NCBI GenBank assembly: GCA_051294905.1
Contig: CM119372.1
Coordinates: 12,648,001-12,712,000 of the forward strand
Length of the DNA: 64,000 nt
Origin: Botryllus schlosseri
Lineage: Eukaryota
Direction of reading: 5' to 3'
Shown: positions 62,001-64,000 of the stretch, one piece after another
How positions within the stretch are numbered: position 1 is the stretch's first letter
Layout of the letters: the number at the start of each line of letters is the position of its first letter
Notes under the pieces: generated by a model
The model's input: the letters and a program-made list of their open reading frames with translations, nothing else
What the model was told of the DNA's origin: nothing
The model's database searches: none
Program-made: the position numbers and the translations under genes

Positions 62001-62068
62001 GCAGCGTAGGAATGGAGGAAAACGAAGAAATTATTCAACCAGAGAATCAAATGTCAACGGCGATGTGA
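55908..62068 (+). CDS. KCNMB-like: Calcium-activated potassium (BK/Slo) channel beta-subunit-like protein (CaKB family), 5 coding exons, ~315 aa
   Basis: Short N-terminus; TM1 (SIAILVLLCIVSVVTAIIVGVLIA); loop TATC...MPCDC...HCKSSFPCYQITV...NSQ|CSFRQC...FLCFYNPH (cf. YPCLQVYV, NPK|CSYIPxC, FTCYFN); TM2 with conserved Pro (ALILPSSLF) ending QYL. All introns are phase-0 GT-AG. Confidence 0.85.
56595..56759 (+). CDS. KCNMB-like: KCNMB-like exon (loop, 5 Cys, FPCYQITV)
   Basis: Acceptor actttacag, donor CAC|gtgagt; 55 codons. Confidence 0.88.
57311..57376 (+). CDS. KCNMB-like: KCNMB-like exon (MYFKNEAVLRETEADFSDPNSQ)
   Basis: Acceptor ctttatgacag, donor CAG|gtaatg; 22 codons. Confidence 0.75.
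57552..57677 (+). CDS. KCNMB-like: KCNMB-like exon (CSFRQC...FLCFYNPHNMNQ)
   Basis: Acceptor tgacag|TGT, donor CAG|gtacga; starts at the CSY/F motif as the last vertebrate KCNMB exon does. Confidence 0.87.
57769..58215 (+). mobile_element. hAT MITE, TAGGCTTACCATA family, copy 2
   Basis: TAGGGGGGTTACCATA / TATGGTAAGCATA; perfect TSD CGTTATAA; core matches 40819-41242. Confidence 0.9.
58670..60625. mobile_element. hAT MITE with (GGAGTC)n subterminal arrays
   Basis: TIRs CAGGGCTGTGGAGTCGG / CCGACTCCACAGCCCTG; perfect TSD GTAAAAAC. Confidence 0.92.
58941..59671. mobile_element. Charlie-type hAT MITE nested in 58670-60625
   Basis: CAGGTGCGACCAAC / GTCGGCCACCCCTG; flanks atacagat / atatcgat (6/8). 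Confidence 0.6.
60825..61168 (+). mobile_element. Older member of the TAGG(C/G)TTACCATA hAT MITE family
   Basis: TAGAGTTACCTTA / TATGGTAACCCTG; GTCCTC subterminal repeats; flanks match 6/8. Confidence 0.65.
61631..62068 (+). CDS. KCNMB-like: KCNMB-like terminal exon (TM2 + acidic tail)
   Basis: Acceptor tatatttag, in frame with ORF 61670..62068; AATAAA at 62463. Confidence 0.85.
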   Translation, partial: VVAKKRFHSSHILLALILPSSLFLLFLLILVTMCIIQYLKAERKKRQPQTNARSGPRNYLGRDMPAFEPDESVENPQPLPDPFASINDMLSSDSGEKRRCSDVEQDQQHVDNVSYSQVESVEISSVGMEENEEIIQPENQMSTAM

Positions 62069-62944
62069 TATGGGCTGACTGTTTTGTAAACTGCATTGAT
62101 GATCCGCAGAATCGATTAATCCGGAAACATTGAGGAGGATGTGCAGTGCGCTGTACAGTACAGTGTCCATCGGCTACTACTCGCTGTTATGGTGGAAGTG
62201 AGATGTAAATGGCACGTGATTCGAACCTTTCGATTGATGATGTGAAGACGTTATACATCGGCCATGCGACGACAATACGTAATTCATACTGGTGGGTCGT
62301 TACGGAAAAATATACTGCTGACTTCATAAGAAATTTGAATTTCTTCAACTTCGTAACTTTATGATTAATGTGTCACGAGTATTTTATTCTTCGTGGGGCG
62401 GTACCAAATGTTTGAGAGTCGGACGCCCTTTATTGATTTTGCCAAACGAAAATAAGACGGAAAATAAATTCAATACAATTGCCTTTTCGTACAATGCAAT
62501 AGCCTTTCTCGCGCGATCAATGCTTATGCCTAATGCGCAAAGTAACAAACGAATAAACAGGGCGCGACGGCGGAATGATTGGACTTCTATCAAAGTAGAC
62601 TGTATTCGTGCTCAATGTATCGTCAGTATCACATCTTAGTATATATGCATGGACTCCAACACCATATTTGTTGAGAACCTTATATCGCATACACGGTGTT
62701 GATGGGTTTGAGACTTCGTATGCAGCAGATGGTTTTGTTTTGCGGCTCTTGTTACGTCATTATTCAGTTCCAATGTCATCAGTTAAGTTATAATTAGCCT
62801 ACTCGCCTAACCAAGTTCACGACCCAACCCCCTAGCCATATGTCAGGGATATATCTGGAACGTCAGAACTAGATATATCTTTCATTATTCAATTATTCGA
62901 AACATTACGCTGATCAACACATATTTTTAGGCAAACAAGGTATG

Positions 62945-63830
62945 AGTGGTTTTTGGGGTTGTGAAGGCCACTGATTCCGAATACGGCCTTAGTTTCTTCA
63001 AATTGGCTCTAGTTTTGGAGATAACCCATGGGGCTATTTTGATTAAAATCTCATATTTTCGCTGTGTGGGCTGGATAAAAATTCGGCTCAGTCGTGCTAT
63101 AAAGTTCAGAAATTCAATCTACTGGTTATTTCTACACACTGAAGACTGTTTTAAATCAAAATACAGCAGCAGCACTATATTTAGGGGTATTCGCTTTATC
63201 ATAGTCGAGGACTTTCACGGATATCATGTGCATAAATAAAGTCCAATCATAATATAAGTATATACCTGGATACTCAAATAACGTTGCATTAATTCAATCA
63301 GTTTTAAGTGAACCACCTATTGTAAATTCAAAATAATCCGTTGGAACATAATATTAATCAGTTATCGTAAAAAACATTGTTTCTTGTACGTATTTCGCTT
63401 GTGAGCAATTTAACGCAGTTTCTCGAAAGATTGCAGCAATAGTCTGCCATAATATATTCATTTCATCTGCCCTGATATCGTTCTCCTGTTGCTTTAATGT
63501 CTTGGTGGAGCCTTTCCCTTTGCTTTTCCCTCAAATCAACATGATGGTCAGGAAATATATCAAAATTCCTGAACATGTTTGCTCCAAGTTTTCAATATGC
63601 AGATACCGATTTTCGGACCATCTGCATGTTTTTGGGGGGGGTTTGTGATCTTCCAAAGAGTTTTATTTACAACATCATAAAAGAAATTCCATGTAGGCCT
63701 ACTGATCTCCTGTTCTTGATATGAAATTGGAATTTTCCACCCGTATTCGAATCTGAGATCCATCAAAGATATATCAGGTTCAAACTTCTCGTTTGATAGG
63801 GATAATAGGTATCCCACTTTGTTGGCTCAG
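62945..63830 (-). pseudogene. Decayed DNA-transposase 3' remnant resembling the CMC/Chapaev3 type
   Basis: Minus strand 63415-63570 reads DIFPDHH...QRERLHQDIKATGERYQGR*NEYIMADYCCNL, resembling the GERFHQDIxxMExRYQGxWxxxMxADYCW motif as I recall it. Confidence 0.55.
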
Positions 63831-63851
63831 CGGATAATTATCCATTTACAA

Positions 63852-64000
63852 TAGGCTTACCATATTTTGGAAATGTAAAAAGAGGACACTTTTTCAGAAA
63901 TTTCAGACATGCAAAACTGGAGAAGAATTCTCAAAAACCGGTAAATTTTTCCCACTTCGTGATCGGTTGACTAAAAAAAAAGGTCATCACTTCCGCTCAG
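63852..64000 (-). mobile_element. TAGGCTTACCATA hAT MITE family, copy 4 (reverse orientation, cut by the window edge)
   Basis: TAGGCTTACCATATTTTGG...gaggacactttttcagaaattt is the reverse complement of the right end of 57769-58215. Confidence 0.85.

Overview
Eukaryotic (animal) genomic DNA. The gene content and a mix of ~60-nt and multi-kb GT-AG introns suggest an invertebrate chordate or other deuterostome (ascidian-like); this is inference. Two host genes could be assembled by hand, in divergent orientation. (1) A ZNF608/ZNF609 (scribbler/brakeless) orthologue on the minus strand: 17 coding exons from 34332 to 548, all splice phases compatible, 5181 nt, about 1726 aa, with an 18.2-kb first coding intron. 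(2) A plus-strand BK-channel beta-subunit-like gene (KCNMB/CaKB family) that the ORF track largely misses: 5 coding exons, 55908-62068, about 315 aa, with two TM helices, an 8-Cys extracellular loop and an unusual ~105-aa acidic C-tail. The 38-64 kb region is dense in transposons. It holds a young 5'-truncated Penelope-like retroelement (uninterrupted RT + GIY-YIG frame) with a near-identical 1.08-kb inverted copy of its own 3' end, each copy carrying a minimal hammerhead ribozyme. It also holds a second, dispersed hammerhead-bearing PLE-derived family (about 7 copies across the window), many hAT MITEs with 8-bp TSDs (several nested), foldback elements, and decayed hAT, LINE and CMC-type relics. 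No rRNA, tRNA or CRISPR array was seen. All family assignments are from remembered motifs; no database search was run.
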